Origin: Stegostoma tigrinum | Taxonomy: Eukaryota | NCBI RefSeq assembly: GCF_030684315.1 | Contig: NC_081396.1 | Coordinates: forward strand, 186,001-250,000 | DNA: 64,000 nt | Direction of reading: 5' to 3' | Shown: one piece after another, positions 12,990 through 26,689 of the stretch | Layout: each line of letters begins with the position of its first letter | Position numbering within the stretch: the stretch's first letter is position 1 | Position numbers and translations under genes: made by a program | The notes under the pieces: model-generated | Told to the model about the DNA's origin: nothing | Database searches by the model: none | What the model saw: the letters and a program-made list of their open reading frames with translations, nothing else

Positions 12990-13515
12990 TTTTTGGGTCC
13001 CATATCTCAGGAAGGATGTACATGGAGCGGGTTCAGAGGAGGTTCATGAGAATGGTCCCAGGAATGGAAAGCTTCACATGTGAGGAACTTTTGAGGACTC
13101 TGGGACTATACTCATTGGAGGTTAGAAGGACGAGGGGGATCCAATTGAAACTTGCAAAATACTGAATGGCCTGGACAAAGTGGATGTTGGAAAGATGCTT
13201 CCATTGACAGGAGAGTCTAGGACCAGAGGGCACAGCCTTAGAGTAAAGGAAAGACCTTTTAGAATGGAGATAAGGAGAAACTTCTTCACCAGAGAGTGGT
13301 GAATCGATGGAATTCACTGCCACAGAAAGCTGTGGAGGGCAGGATATTGAGTACACTTAAGACTGAGATAGATGGGTTCTTGATTATCAAGGGGATCAAG
13401 GGTTACGGGGAGAATGCAGGAGAATGAAGTTGAGGAACTTATCAGCCAATATTGAATGGTGGAGCAGGCCCGATGGGCTGAAAGGCGTAATTTATACTCC
13501 TATGTCTTATGGTAT
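12990..13515 (+). mobile_element. CR1 LINE 3' end
   Basis: 'ERVQRRFMRMVPGM...LGLYSLE' motif, then TRGHSL/FFTQRVV-type sequence and a CR1 3' UTR. Confidence 0.85.
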
Positions 13516-14399
13516 TGTGGTCTTGAAGAGAATCTGCTGCTGTCGGAGATGCTGAATCTCCATTATTTACCCCCTTAACTGTGCAGCTGACAGGCAATCT
13601 TGGAATCAGGAATGAAAGGGTTGTAAAACTGTGGCACTGATACAGGTGAAGTATGTTCCCTCAGGGCATTTCAAAGGAAGGGAGATGGTTCTGGATTGTC
13701 AAAATAATTATTCCTTGATTACTAATCAATTAAATCAGACTTTCAGATATTCTGTGTGTTATTTACAAAAGAAGTAGTGTTTCTTCATTCTTTAAATTAA
13801 TGATGTAAATGAATAAAGATACTGAGAGAGACTACAGCAAGTCAGTCACTGATGCAGGATGATGATATAATTCATCTTCCAGAGGTGCCAATGAAGGGAA
13901 AACATCAGTTGGAGAGATGTGCGAAGGATACAAGTTGGTCCCATTACGGAGAGAGATTGAGCAGTTAGGTCTACACTCTCCCGAGTTTAGAAGAATGAGA
14001 GGAGATCTATTTGACGTATATAAGATATCGGAGAGTATTGACAAAATAGACTTTGACAGGGTATTTTCCGTTCTGGGGCAATATAAACAAAATGTCATGG
14101 TTTCAGGACAAGAGATTGTAGATGTTTGTATGACTGGAGACTGTATCTATTGGCATATCACAGGCATTATTGTTGGGTCTTTTTTTTTGTTTATGTGATC
14201 TCTATCTACATAGATATATAGTTATAAACAACATAGATGAGAATGTGGTGAAAATGAAGGTCTTAGGTTATCAGAGGATATAAGGGAAAGTTGCCACAGT
14301 GTTCTCAGACCATAAGGCTGCTCTCTCATGAGAAAGAGATGATTGATGGTGCTTTAGCCTGAAGTCACTCTGGCTCAGGTGAAGGGAGAGATTGAGACG

Positions 14400-15485
14400 C
14401 AAAGTCTACAAATGGATTGTCAGATGGGCAGATCAATGACAGATGGAATTTAACTCTGATGAAACTGAGGTGATGTACATCGTAAGAAGTTACAAGACAA
14501 GGAAGTACTCAATGGAAGGCAGGACATTAGGAAGCTCAGAGAAAGAAAGGGATCTTGGGGTGCTTGTCCCTGAATCTCTGAAAGTGGCAGGGATTTCTTT
14601 CGTTAAGGAAGCAAACAAGATATTGCCTTTATCAGTTGAGGTGTAGATTTCAGAGTTGGAAAGTTATTTTGGAACTGCACAAAACTTTGGTTCGGTCACA
14701 GCGGGAGTACTATGAGCAGTTCTGGTCACCATGCTATGAAAAGGATGTGATTGCACTGGAGATTCACCCGGATTTTGCCTGGGATGGATCTCGGAAAAGA
14801 TTTTAGATAAGCTTGGGTTGTTTTCTTTGGATCAGAGCAGATATGAGGAGGGCAACTGTTGGCGGTGGAGAATATTATGGGGGAATGGGCAGGGTGAATA
14901 GAAACCAGGTGTTCAAAGGTCACTAACCTGGGATCACAGTCTTCTGCTGGAAGGCATGAGGTTTAGAGGATATTTGAGAAAAATGTTTTACATCCAGAGA
15001 CTTGTGGGCATCCGGAATGAACTGCCAGGGTGGGTGGTAGTGCTGGGTAATGTCATAACCTTTAAAGATGACTTGGATGAGCACTTGAAATGTCATGATG
15101 TCCAAAGCTGTGGGCCTGGTGCTGGAAATTGGGACTCGTACAGATTTATCGCAGTTTTGACAGTGCAGACCTGATGGGCAAAGGGAGGGCCTCTTCTGAA
15201 CTGCATAATTCCATTCGATGAGTTAAAATGGGAATGAGGAGGAATAGCTTCTCTCAAAGGGTGATGAATCTGTGGAATTCACGACCCCTGTGAGCAGTGG
15301 ATGCTGGGACGCTGCCTATATTGAAGGACACAAGCAGATATTTAATAAGTAATGTGTTAAAGGGTTCTTGAGAGTGGATAGGAAGTTGGAGTTGAGGTCC
15401 AGGTGAGATCAGCGGTGACTATATTGAATGGTGGATCAACTCAAGGGGCTGAATTGCCTTGTCTTGTTCTTACTTCGCATGTTTT
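14400..15485 (+). mobile_element. Cluster of decayed CR1 LINE 3' fragments
   Basis: ORFs 'MEFNSDETEVM...ERDLGVLV' and 'KMFYIQRLVGIRNELPG' are degenerate CR1 RT C-terminal motifs. Confidence 0.75.
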
Positions 15486-15869
15486 TATATAATTCAGTCC
15501 ATTTGAACGGATAAATGGAGATGAGGCTAGAAATCCTGAATTTATAACAGGAAAACATTATAAATCAAAATGCAAGGTTACACATCTCACTAGCTGAGAA
15601 TATCCAAAGTCTACAGCAATACAGCTGCGATGTTGTCAACTCCTGGTTCCAAAGAATAGTCCTATTGGGCACAAAATGTGAATTTTGTTTCCCTCTCCAC
15701 AGATGCTGCCAAATTTGCTGAGTTTTCCGGCACTTGCCCTTTCATGTCAAAACCCTTAGCCTCTGCAATTTCCAGTGCCTTCAATAACTTGTACACTGTA
15801 TTTCACTGTATTTCTTTGCTAGCATAATATTGAGGGATCTTCACTCTATATAAACCATGCTATAACTAC

Positions 15870-16060
15870 CCTGACAGGTTTGGATGGGAAGAGTATAGAG
15901 AAAGCTTTACACATTATCTAACCCCATGCTTGTCTGTATCTTGGGAGTGTTTGATAGAGACAATGTACATGGAGCAACATGCTGTATCTAACATCACGCT
16001 TTACCTATCCACGGGGTGTTTAATGGAAACAGTGAAGAAGGGGTTTAATTCTGGAACTAA
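15870..16060 (+). repeat. Degenerate copies of a shark satellite-like unit (CTAACCCC...CTGGGAGTGTTTGATGGGGACAGTGTAGAGGGAGCTTTAC); related copies near 16745-16830 and 17445-17600
   Basis: Recurrent 'GGGAGTGTTTGAT...AGAGAGCTTTAC' motifs are visible at three sites. Confidence 0.55.
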
Positions 16061-16199
16061 TAGAATCCTGGTAATAAAATCAAACCTGTAGAGAGCCTTA
16101 TCAGAACAACTTATCATCAGGCAGCATCTCCAGAGCGAGAAACAGACATGACAATAAAATCATTCATTTTGAGTCCAGTTCATGCTGCAACTGTACAAA

Positions 16200-16740
16200 A
16201 CGCGAGTGCACCTCATTTGGAATATTGCATGCAGTTCTGGTCACCCCATTACAGGAAGGATGTGGAAGCATTGGAAAAGGTGCAGAGGAGATTTACCAGG
16301 ATGTTGCCTGGTCTGGAGCGCAGTCCTGATGAAGAAAGGCTGAGGGACTTGGGTGTGTTCTCATTGAAGAGAAGGAGGCTAAGAGGGGATTTAATAGAGA
16401 CATACAAGATAATGAGAGGATGAGATAGGGTGGACAGTGAGAGTCTTTTTCCAAGGATGATGACTTCAGCTTGTACAAGGGGGCATAGCTACAAATTGAG
16501 GGGTGATAGATTTAAGACAGATGTCAGAGGCAGGTTCTTTACTCAGAGAGTGGTAAGGGGGTGGTACGCCCTGCCTGCCAATGTAGTTAACTCAGCCACA
16601 TTCGGGGCATTTAAACAGTCCTTGGGTAAGCATATGGATGATGATGGGATAATGTAAGGGGAGGGGCTTAGATTAGCTCACAGGTCGGTGCAACATCGAG
16701 GGCCGAAGGGCCTGTTCTGTACTGTATTGTTCTATGTTCT
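16200..16740 (+). mobile_element. CR1 LINE 3' end
   Basis: 'PHLEYCMQFWSPHYRKDVEALEKVQRRFTRMLPGL...RRRLRGDLIETYKIMRG' and 'TRGHSYKL...FFTQRVV', ending in a TTCTATGTTCT tail. Confidence 0.92.
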
Positions 16741-18079
16741 AGTAGCCCTGTCCTGGAAATGTTTGTGAAGGCAGCTTTATCCCATTTCTGACTCCCTGCT
16801 GTACCTGTCCTGGAAAAGTGCAGTCGGCACAGTGTTGAGGGAGATTTGCTCTGAATCTTCTCAGAGAAGTAAAGCTGAAGAGGACCACTCCTTCATGAGA
16901 GAGAGAGAGAGAGAGAGACAGCTGATGGTTGTATAACATGAGGGTCGCCACACATAAAGCAAGGAGCAAGGTAGTGAAGGTGGAACCATCACAGTGAGCT
17001 CAGTTATAAAGTCATACAGCATGGAAACAGATCCTTGCATCAAACCAGTACATGCTGACCAAAATCCCAAAATAAACTAGTCCCACTTGCCTCCTGCTGG
17101 CGTATATCCCTCCCAACCTTTCCCATTCATGAATCTGTCCAAATGTCTTTTAAAGCCATAATTGTACCTGGATCAACCACTTTCTCAGGAAGTTCACTGA
17201 GCTGCAGTGAAAGAGGTCTCAGCCTTCCTTATAACTCAAAACTTCCAAACCCAGCAACACCCTGTTAAATCTTTTCTGAATCCTCTCCAGCTTGATGATG
17301 TCTTTCCTATAATTGGGCAACTGGAACAGGACTCAGTATTCCAGAAGATTACTGACTCAGTTAGTGGGGGATTTGAATTCACACTGTGATCATTATGCTC
17401 CATCGCAGATAAGATGACGAGGAGATTGAGCCAACTGACGATATGTAATCCCACGCTGTACCTATTCTGGGAGTGTTTGATGTGGACAATACAGAGAGAG
17501 CTTTACTTTCATTTCGAAAGAGTAGGGAGCGAGTTCTACTCTGAATATCACCGCATGTCTGTTGTACCTGACCTCAGAGTGTTTGATTTCACTGTTTAAA
17601 AGGAGTTTTTGTCGAGACCCAACAGATACTGTGCATACTTCCGCAGAATTATCAGGATAATGTGATACTCTGGCATTGTCCCTAATACATTCAGTAACTT
17701 TTATTGACATTCAAATGAAGTCACACAATCATGATCTGAGAACCATGGGCAATGATGATTCTGTTCTTGAAGAATGGAGGTGTTTCTCTTCCTTGAATGT
17801 TGCTTGTGGTTCTTCTGGCAAAGTTTGGACATTTTATTACATTAACTTCCTGCATTTGTTGTTGGAATGAACAGAATAAGCAAATTTGTATTCCAACAGT
17901 TCAACAGCTATCTCATATCCTCCGATGTTATGTCTCATCTTTCACAACTGCCAGCACATTGAGCCTGAATCCTTTGATCAGATCACAGTCAGTCTGCTGT
18001 ACTGTTCCCTAATGATTAACTCACCAAAGGAAGGGGGAGTTGTCTTTGGAGATGGGGAGAAGCACAGATTGATGCTATG

Positions 18080-18492
18080 AAGAGAGGTTGAATAGATGAG
18101 GATTATTTTTATTAGAAAGACGGAGATTGAGGGGGGACCTGATTGAGGTCTACAAAATCATGAGGGGTATAGACAGGGTGGATAGCAAGAAGCTTTTTCC
18201 CAGAGTGGGGGACTCATTTACTAGGGGTCATGAGTTCAAAGTGAGAGGAGGAAAGTTTAAGGGAGATATGCGTGGAAAGTTCTTTACACAGAGGGTGGTG
18301 GGTGCTTGGAATGCGTTGCCAGCGGAGGTGGTAGACGCAGACACGTTAGCGTCTTTTAAGATGTTTCTGGACAGGTACATGGATGGGCAGGGAGCAAATG
18401 GACACAGACCGTTAGAAAACAGATGACAGGTTAGATAGAGGATCTTGATCAGCGCAGGCTGGGTGGGCCGGAGGGCCTGTTCCTGTGCTGTA
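18080..18492 (+). mobile_element. CR1 LINE 3' end
   Basis: ORF 18127 'RGDLIEVYKIMRGIDRVD...FFTQRVVGAWNALP'. Confidence 0.92.
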
Positions 18493-19314
18493 GGTTTCTT
18501 CGTTTCTTTGATCAGAACAACACTAGCGTTGAATTTATAACAAGTGTTTTCATCAGCCATGTGCGAAATGTCTCAAGTATAGAATATTAAATCAGTCTAA
18601 GGTAGTTAAGGCATTTGCTGAAGTACTTCATAACTGTTGGTTCGCTAAAGTTAAAGGTCTCAGGATTGAAAGTAAGTGACTGACCTGTTTAGGAACATGG
18701 CTGACCAGTACGAGTCAGAGGAGGAATAATCAGCAAAGAGTTTTGTTGATAGACTGTGACGAGTGCTGTCCACAAGGATCTGTTGAGGCACCTCAATTAC
18801 TCATAAATTCATTGACACCTTGCTGAACAGAAGTCCATGTATCCAAATTTGACATGATACTGTGAAGTTATTATTACAAGCTGTGTAAAGGGTAATAAAC
18901 GGAGGATAAAATTAAGTGCTATCGATCAAGTAAATGGACAATACAAATGAGCACATATATTTTCACATGAACCAATCTGTGTGGTCATTCACTCTGGACC
19001 TTAAAGAATATGACAGGCTACTTTTACGAGAGACCAGCTGAAACAGCGACTTGGGGCCCGTGTATGTAGATCATGGAAATGACATATTCAGGCCCAGAAA
19101 ATTGTTTAAAGTGGGACTGAAATGCTGGCTTTCATATCCGGACCACCAGAGTAGAAGATCAGAGATATCATATGTCAACTACAATCAAGGTTTTGGATAC
19201 TACACCTTTAGTGCCTGCGAACCAGTCTGAATACCAGATCTTAGGAGAATGTATTGGCCTTGGTTGAGCGCAGTGTGGATTTGTGAGAACTGTTCCCAGG
19301 CACAAGTGCTCAGA

Positions 19315-19457
19315 AAAGGAGCAGCATTTCTGAGGAAGTGTCGAGACCCGAAACATCAGCTTTCCTGCTCCTTTGATGCTGCTCGGCCTGCTGTGTTCAT
19401 CCAGCTCTACACCTTGTTGTCTCAGATTCTCCAGCATCGGCAGCTCCTGCTGTCTCT
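19315..19457 (+). mobile_element. Short Penelope-related palindromic repeat with a minimal hammerhead-like core; related copies at 41120-41220 (-) and 42245-42420
   Basis: CTGAGGA(19330)...GAAAC core, followed by CTTTCCTGCTCCTTTGATGCTGC...CCTGCTGTGTTCATCCAGC. The same family is visible at the two other sites. Confidence 0.6.
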
Positions 19458-19689
19458 GCAACAAGAGATTGAACAAACTGGGCTCGGATTCCTCGAATTT
19501 CAAAGGTGCCCACTGGGTGGCAGTGTAACAACACCGGTGGGGGGCTGGTGATCAATGCACAGCACAGGAGGAGCCCACTGGGTTAGAATGGCCCGGGCAA
19601 GCAAATGAGAGCTCTGTCTGAGGCTGAAGCAGTGTCTTTGCAACCCTGGTATAACGTTTGACCCCAAGGTGAACTATCAAACACACAAA

Positions 19690-20725
19690 CTGGCAGGCGG
19701 TGACCAGTAGGGTACCAGAAGGTTCGGTGCTGGGACCGCAGTTGTTTACAATATACATTAATGATATAGACGAAGGCATTAAGAGTAATATTAGCAAATT
19801 TGCTGATGACACAAAGCTGGGTGGCAGTGTGAAATGTGAGGAGGATGTTATGAGAATACAGGGTGATTTGGACAGGCTAGGTGAGTGGACGGATGCATGG
19901 CAGATGCAGTTTAATGTGGATAAATATGTGGTTATCCACTTTGGTGGCAAGAACAGGAAGGCAGATTACTATCTCAATGGAGTCAAGTTAGGTAAAGGGG
20001 AAGTACAACGAGATCTAGGTGTTCTTGGACCTCAGTCAATGAAAGCAAGCATGCAGGTACAGCAGGCAGTGAAGAAAGCTAATGGCATGCTGGCCTTCAT
20101 AACAAGAAGAATTGAGTATAGGAGCAAAGAGGTCCTTCTGCAGCTGTACAGGGCCCTGGTGAGACTGCACCTGGAGTATTGTGTGCAGTTTTGGTCTCCC
20201 AATTTGAGGAAGGACATTCTTGCTATTGAGGGAGTGCAGGGTAGGTTCAGAAGGTCAATTCCCGGAATGGTGGGACTATCGTATGTCAACAGATTGGAGC
20301 GACTGGGCTTGTATACACTTGAGTTTCGAAGGATGAGAGGGGATCTGATTGAGACGTATAAGATTATTAAGCGATTTGACAATCTGGAGGCAGGAAGCAT
20401 GTTTCCGCTGATGGGTGAGTCCAGAACCAGAGGACACAGTATAAAAATAAGGGGTAGGCCATTTCGAACTGAGTTGAGGAAAAACTTCTTCACCCAGAGA
20501 GTGGTGGATACATGGAATGCTCTGCCCCAGAAGCCAGTGGAGGCCAACTCTCTGGATACTTTCAAGAAAGAGATGGAGAGAGCTCTTAAAGATAGTGGAA
20601 TCAAGGGTTATGGGGATAAGGCAGGAACAGGATACTGGTTGTGGATGATCAGCCACGATCATAATGAATGGTGGTGCTGGCACAAAGGGCCGAATGATCT
20701 ACTCCAGCACCTATTGTCTACTGTA
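19690..20725 (+). mobile_element. 5'-truncated CR1 LINE with an uninterrupted RT C-terminal ORF (19700-20731)
   Basis: 'VPEGSVLGPQLF...KFADDTKL...HLEYCVQFWSP...RGDLIETYK...FFTQRVV' with no stops over more than 300 codons. Confidence 0.95.
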
Positions 20726-21649
20726 AACTGAACCATCACTATTTCTACCTGATGCTGCCCTTTCTCAGCTCATCTGCAGCTGAATCCTTCATTCGTGAAT
20801 TTATAATCTCTTGTCGTGACGATTCAAATGCGCCCTCACCCAGCTTACACCTTCCATAAAGTTCATCACCCTGGCCGTGACAGTTTTTTGAGATATTAAC
20901 AGGAGAAACAGAGTAAATTGGAAGAAACTGGTTCCACCGGTTGGGAAACCTTGGACTGGAGTGTACAGTCTAAACGTTTCAGGAGTGTTAGCGGGAACAT
21001 TTTCTTCATGCAAAGGATCACTGAAATTTGAGACTCTCTTCCATGTGCAGCAGTGGTGCTTGATCAAATATTGATTTTAACCTGAGATTGAATATTTTTT
21101 GTAATTTAACATGTTAAGGGACATGGCAGAGGCAGGTATATAATGCTTATTCACAGAATGGACATGTTTCAATGTGGGAGGACAGTATGAGGTGGGAATT
21201 TTCACCTGAGTCTGCACTTGCTCACAGATTGTTAAATCTCTCACCTTGACCAGTACTAGTGGATTAATTGAAATGTTCCCTGCTTCTCACTGCTCACAAT
21301 CTAACTGTCCTGCTGAGTTTTTCCAGCATTTTCTGCTTTCACTCTTGACAGTTATTTCATTGTGACAACAGCCCTCAATCAGTGGGTGGGAGGCAGTGTA
21401 TCGATCCCAGACGGTCTTGGTGGTGAATGTCCAGCACACGGGGAGCTCACTGGGCCAAGGTCGCTTGGGTGTCAAAGTGAGCATTTTGTCTGAGGTTGAA
21501 TCAGTCTGTTCATAAATAGGATGTTGACCCCAGGGTGAGGTTTCAAACACACAATCCACACCATCACTAAGACCATCTCATTTCTGTATGAGGAACACTA
21601 TCTGAAGCTGCCCCATCAGCTCATCTGCTGCTGGACTTGTGATTCATGT

Positions 21650-24600
21650 AATATTTGAGTGTTGGAGTGCACTCTCAGCGAACTTCCTACCTTATGCACT
21701 CCATAAAGCTCACCGAACTGAACATGACACTGCAGTGCAGGGTGCCTTGAGGAGCAAGATAAGAATGCTAGGACCAGTAATAATAAGGGGGAATGGATAC
21801 TGTTCTCTGCAGCTGTGACTGGAAGTTCCCAATGTTGTGTTACTTGGCGCGTGTCATGGTGAAAAACATCTGAAGAAGATGTTGTAATGGGTGGAGGAGA
21901 ATCTGAATGTCATGGTCCATTTTGGAATCATATTCATTGCACACATCTGGAATGATGTTCTGCTCAGAATATTTCAGCTGCCAAGATGTTTGTTTCGGAA
22001 CATTTTGGAGCGAAATTAAAAGCAGAATCTCCAAGGTAATAATCCATGGATTACTACCTGAGCTGTGGAAGAACGGTTATAGGGAATAAATATGGTCAAG
22101 GAGTTAAACATGTGGTTGAAAGATTGGGGTCAGCCAAATGGGTTTCAGTTGCTGGCCGGCTGGCTTCAGTCCAGGGATAGAAGGGAACTGTTTGAGAGGG
22201 AACATGCTTCACCAGACAAGTGCTGGGACCAGTGTCCTTGCAAATGGAATAAGTGGGGCTGTATAGAGGGCTTTATACTTATGGGGGTGGGTGGGTGCAG
22301 TTTGGGGAAGCAGAAATATTGACATTCAAAGCAAAAGGATATGGCAGTGTCACAGGGCAGCTATTTGGATAGCGACACCCAGAGTAATAGTCACAGGAAA
22401 GGCAAAATTTGCAAATGTAGAAGAAAGAACAGCAATTATGGCCAAGGAGGGTGAAAAGAGTTAAAAGACAATATTGATGGCTCATTATTTGAATATGCAT
22501 GGCATTCAGAATAAAGTAGATGAATCAACGTTATCAATATGGGTTTATGGGTCTCAACATGTCGCGTTCTGGACACATGGCTACAAGGAAATCAAAGCTG
22601 GGAATTGAGCGTTCAGGACCATGTGACTTTTCAAAAGGATAGAAGGGAAGGAAAGAGTGGAGGGGTAGCATTGTCATTACGGGATGGAATTCATATGACA
22701 GGAAGAAATGATCTCAGATTAGAAGATGGAGAATCCATATGGGTTGAGACAAGTAATAAAATGGGGAAGATGACGCTGGTAGGAGTGGCTACAGGCCCCC
22801 TGACAGTGGTTATTTGCCAGGATAGAGAATAAATCAGGAAATGATGAGGGCATGTAATACTGGCTGTACATTAGTCATGGGTAACTTTAAACTTCATGGT
22901 GATTGGATAGTCAGATTAGCACAAGTGCCTGCAAGGAAGAACTCATGCAGTGTATTCGGGACAGTTTTCAAGAACAATATTTTGTGGCTCCAATGAAGGA
23001 TTAGGCTATTTTGGACGTGGTAATGTGTAATGAGGCAAGTTTAATGAATGATATCTGATTAAAAGATTCCCTAGGGAACAGTGACCATAACATGGTAGAA
23101 TTCAACTTGAGTGGGAGAAACTTGGTTTGGAAATAATTGTGCTGAACTGAAATAAGAGTAATTACCAAGGAATGGGGGTGGAGCTAGTTGAAGAGGAATG
23201 GGAAAGGTGTGTAGCAGCAAAGATGGTTGCAGAACAATGTCAAACATTTAAAAGCACTTTATTGGCTCATGGCAAATGTATATCTCAGTGAGAAAGAAAG
23301 GTTCTAGGAATGTGATAAGCCAAGCATGGTTAACCAGGGAAGTTCAAGATCGCATAAAATTGAAAGAAAAAAAGCACAGAATATGGTCAAGCTGGAAGAT
23401 TGGGAAAATCATAAAACCCAATGTCCAAACAAGAAAGAGGGAGGAGAGAAATTTTAAGGGTCAGCTGACGATCAAAATGGACATCCTTTGAGTGTAGGAG
23501 TATAAGAGTTGGAACATTATACAGAGGTTTTACAGGGCTTTGGTGAGGCCTCTTCCAGAATACTGTATGCAGTTCTGGATGGCCAGTTACAGGAAGGATA
23601 TTACCAAGGTGAAGGTGGTTCAGAAGAGATTTACGAGGATGTTGCCGGTATGGAAGGTCTGAGTCAGAAAGAAAGTCTGGATAGGCTGGGGCTTGTTTCA
23701 CTGGAGCGTACGAGGTTGAGAAGTGATCTGACAGAAGTTTAGAAAGCAATGAGAGACACAGAGCTGATGGGAGTTGTCTTTGCCCGAAGATGGGGAACTT
23801 GAAGACGAGGGGACACATTTTTAAGTTGAGAGGAGACAGCTTGAAAAAAAGACATAGCAGGCAAATGTTTATCGCAAAGGGTTATTTGTGTGTGGAATGA
23901 ACTTCCTGAGAAAGTGGTGGATGTGATACAAATACAGCATTTAAAATACGTTTGGATGGATACAAATATAGGAAATTTTTGGAGGGATGTGGACCAGAAG
24001 CAGGCAGGTGGGACTAGTTTAGTTTGGGATTATGTTCTGCATGGACTGGTTGGACCAAAGGGTCTGTTTCCGTGCTGTATGACTCTATCATTCAAACAAG
24101 GGCTTCTTTAATTATCTAAGAAGGAACAGAGAGGCCCCTTAGAGACTGAGGCTGGGGAAATGTGAATGGGGAACCAGGAAATGGCAGATCAGTTGAATAA
24201 ATACTTTGCATCAGTCTTCAATGTAGAAGATACCAAGAACATTCCAACAATACAGAAAAATCAAGGGACAAAAGGAATAGAGGGAATAAATATGACAACT
24301 ATCGATGAGAAAAACTGCTTGGGAAAATGATGGGACAAGAATGTTAAAAGAAGGAACAAGAGAAATATTGGATGTGTTGGTAGGAATCTTCCAAGAATTC
24401 CTAGTTTCTGGAAAAATCCCACAGGTTAGTAAAACTGCTAATGTGACACCTTTATTCGCAAAGAAAGAAGGTAACAAACAGGTAACGATAGGCCAATCAG
24501 GGAAAATGTTAGAGTCTATGATAAGAGATGTAACAGCAGAGTATTCGGAAATATATGATCAAGCAGAGAGAGCATGATTTCACAAAGGGAAAATTATTAA

Positions 24601-24745
24601 CTTCTTAACGTATTTGATCGGATTCTGTGAGGAGGTAACAAGCAGAACAGATAACGAGAAGCATGAGTGCGCCACGGGGTTCAGTAATGGGGACACAATT
24701 GTTGACAATATATATTAATAATTTGAATGAAGAAAGCTAGTGTCC
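21650..24745 (+). mobile_element. Old near-full-length CR1 relic (ORF1 esterase-like, APE endonuclease and RT start), with a nested CR1 3' end at about 23490-24087
   Basis: ORF1-like 'KSRISKVIIHGLLP' and 'LNMWLKDW...GFQLL'; APE-like 'DTWLQGNQSWEL...KDRREGKSGGVAL'; 'KTANVTPLFAK' at 24430. The nested piece carries CR1 3' end motifs and a 3' UTR. Confidence 0.8.
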
Positions 24746-24749
24746 TGAA

Positions 24750-25465
24750 AGAACAAAGAGAACAAAGAAAATTACAGCACTGGAACAGGCCCTTTGGCCC
24801 TCCAAGCCTGCGCCAGTCCACATCCTCTATTTATCCTGTTGCCAATTTTCCAAGGATCTGTATCCCTCTGCTCCCTGCCCAATCACGTATCTGTCTAGAT
24901 ACATCTTAAATGATGCTATCGTACCCGCCTCTACCACCTCTGCTGGCAAAGTGTTCCAGGCACCCACCAGCCTCTGCGTAAAGAACTTTCCACTCATATC
25001 TCTGTTAAACCTTTCCCCTCTCACCTTGAAATCGTGGCCCAATGTAATTGTGTCCCCTGCCATGAGGAAAAAGCTTCTTGCTGTCCACCTGTCTTTACCT
25101 CTCTCGATTTTGTAGACCTCAATCAAATCCCCCCTCAACCTCCATCTTTCTCATGTAAATAATCCTAATCTATTCAACCTCTCTTCATAGCTAGCACCGT
25201 CCATACCAGGCAACATCCTGGTGAACCTCCTCTGCACCCTCTCCAAAGCATCCACATCCTTTTTTGGTAATGTGGCGGCCAGAACTGTACACAGTACTCC
25301 AGATGTGGCTGAACCAAAGTCCTATACAACTGTAACATGACCTGCCAACTCTTGTACTCAATACCCCGTCTGATGAATGAAAGCATGCCATTTGCCTTCT
25401 TGACCACTCAATCGACCTGCGTTGCCACTTTCAGGGTACAATGGACCTGAACACCCAGATCTCTC
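24750..25465 (-). mobile_element. CR1 LINE 3' end, inverted
   Basis: Minus ORFs 'KKANGMLSFIRRGIEYKS...PHLEYCVQFW' and 'RGDLIEVYKI...FFTQRLVGAWNTLP'. Confidence 0.92.
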
Positions 25466-26689
25466 ACCCAGAAAAGTCGAGTGGTTGATGTTCGAGAACG
25501 GAGTCAACACTTAGCAGTCTGAGCTCAACACAAGTCGTTTGTTCATTTCATGTGGGGAGCAGTTAGAAGACTGTCCACTAAATTACAAATAGTCATAGTT
25601 TTAATACATAAAATACAGTTATGTGCCCCATTCTGGGCAGACAATCTACCTCTCACTAATCTTCCTACGTGTCACATATTCTAACTGCGAACATAATGTT
25701 TAAACCTGGCTCCCCAGAGTCTGAACCACCTTAAATAAAATACAGTTTTGCTACAGTTAAGCGGGATAATTTTACTTGAAGGTAAATATGTATTTCTTGA
25801 GAGAATGAAAAAGTTAACGTATTTTCCTCAGAGTATTAGATTACGATCTAAATGCCTAACTTTCTGATTAGAATGTAATATCCTGTTGGATCAGAAGGTG
25901 CAGACCTGACCCCGACCTCAGGAATTAGACCTGGGTTTTACCCCAGTCACGTATCCTGAATCTTCGCTGAGTGTCTCTGACTGGTACCAACTGGTTGTAA
26001 GTTATCTCTTGAAACTGTGTGCAGGTTGAAATTCCTGCATATAGGCTGGTATTCTGTCAGCAAGTCACCATTTATTGTGCTCAGTACAGAGTCAGTTCCC
26101 TGAATTGAGGGGATTCCAAATTCCCTGTGTATGTTTTTATTTAATAACACACCCCATTTAATATGATTAATATGATCAAGCATGGACTGGTATTCCTGAT
26201 ACAGATCCATGAATGAGATAACTTGCGAACAAATGTTTCACTCAATTGTACATGTACATAACTGTGCAGCAAATTGGACAGCAGTGTGAAGGCAGTTCAC
26301 GAGTTATTTCCCTTAACACATTGACTGAATATGTGGCCGCACAAATAAAACTATGATGCGTGGATATCAACAGGCCTGCACAACAGCAAATTCAGAGGGA
26401 ACATAATGTCGGTGAGATACAGAGTATCTACCTGCCTGTCTGAAATAACTGCACGGAGGCCAGGTCCTATCTCCAGGTTTACTGGTGCACAGTAGCCAGC
26501 TCGGAGTCAGTCCACAACTGAGGAAACTCTAATCTACTCGTCATATATATGTTTTTGGTAGGAAAATACACCAGGTGTGCAAATAACTTCAGTAACATAC
26601 CACCACCAGGCAAAATACCCATGTGACAAAAGAATCAGTGTCAAGCAGAGCCCCTGCAGGGGGAATGCCTATGTGGGGGGATAAAAGTG

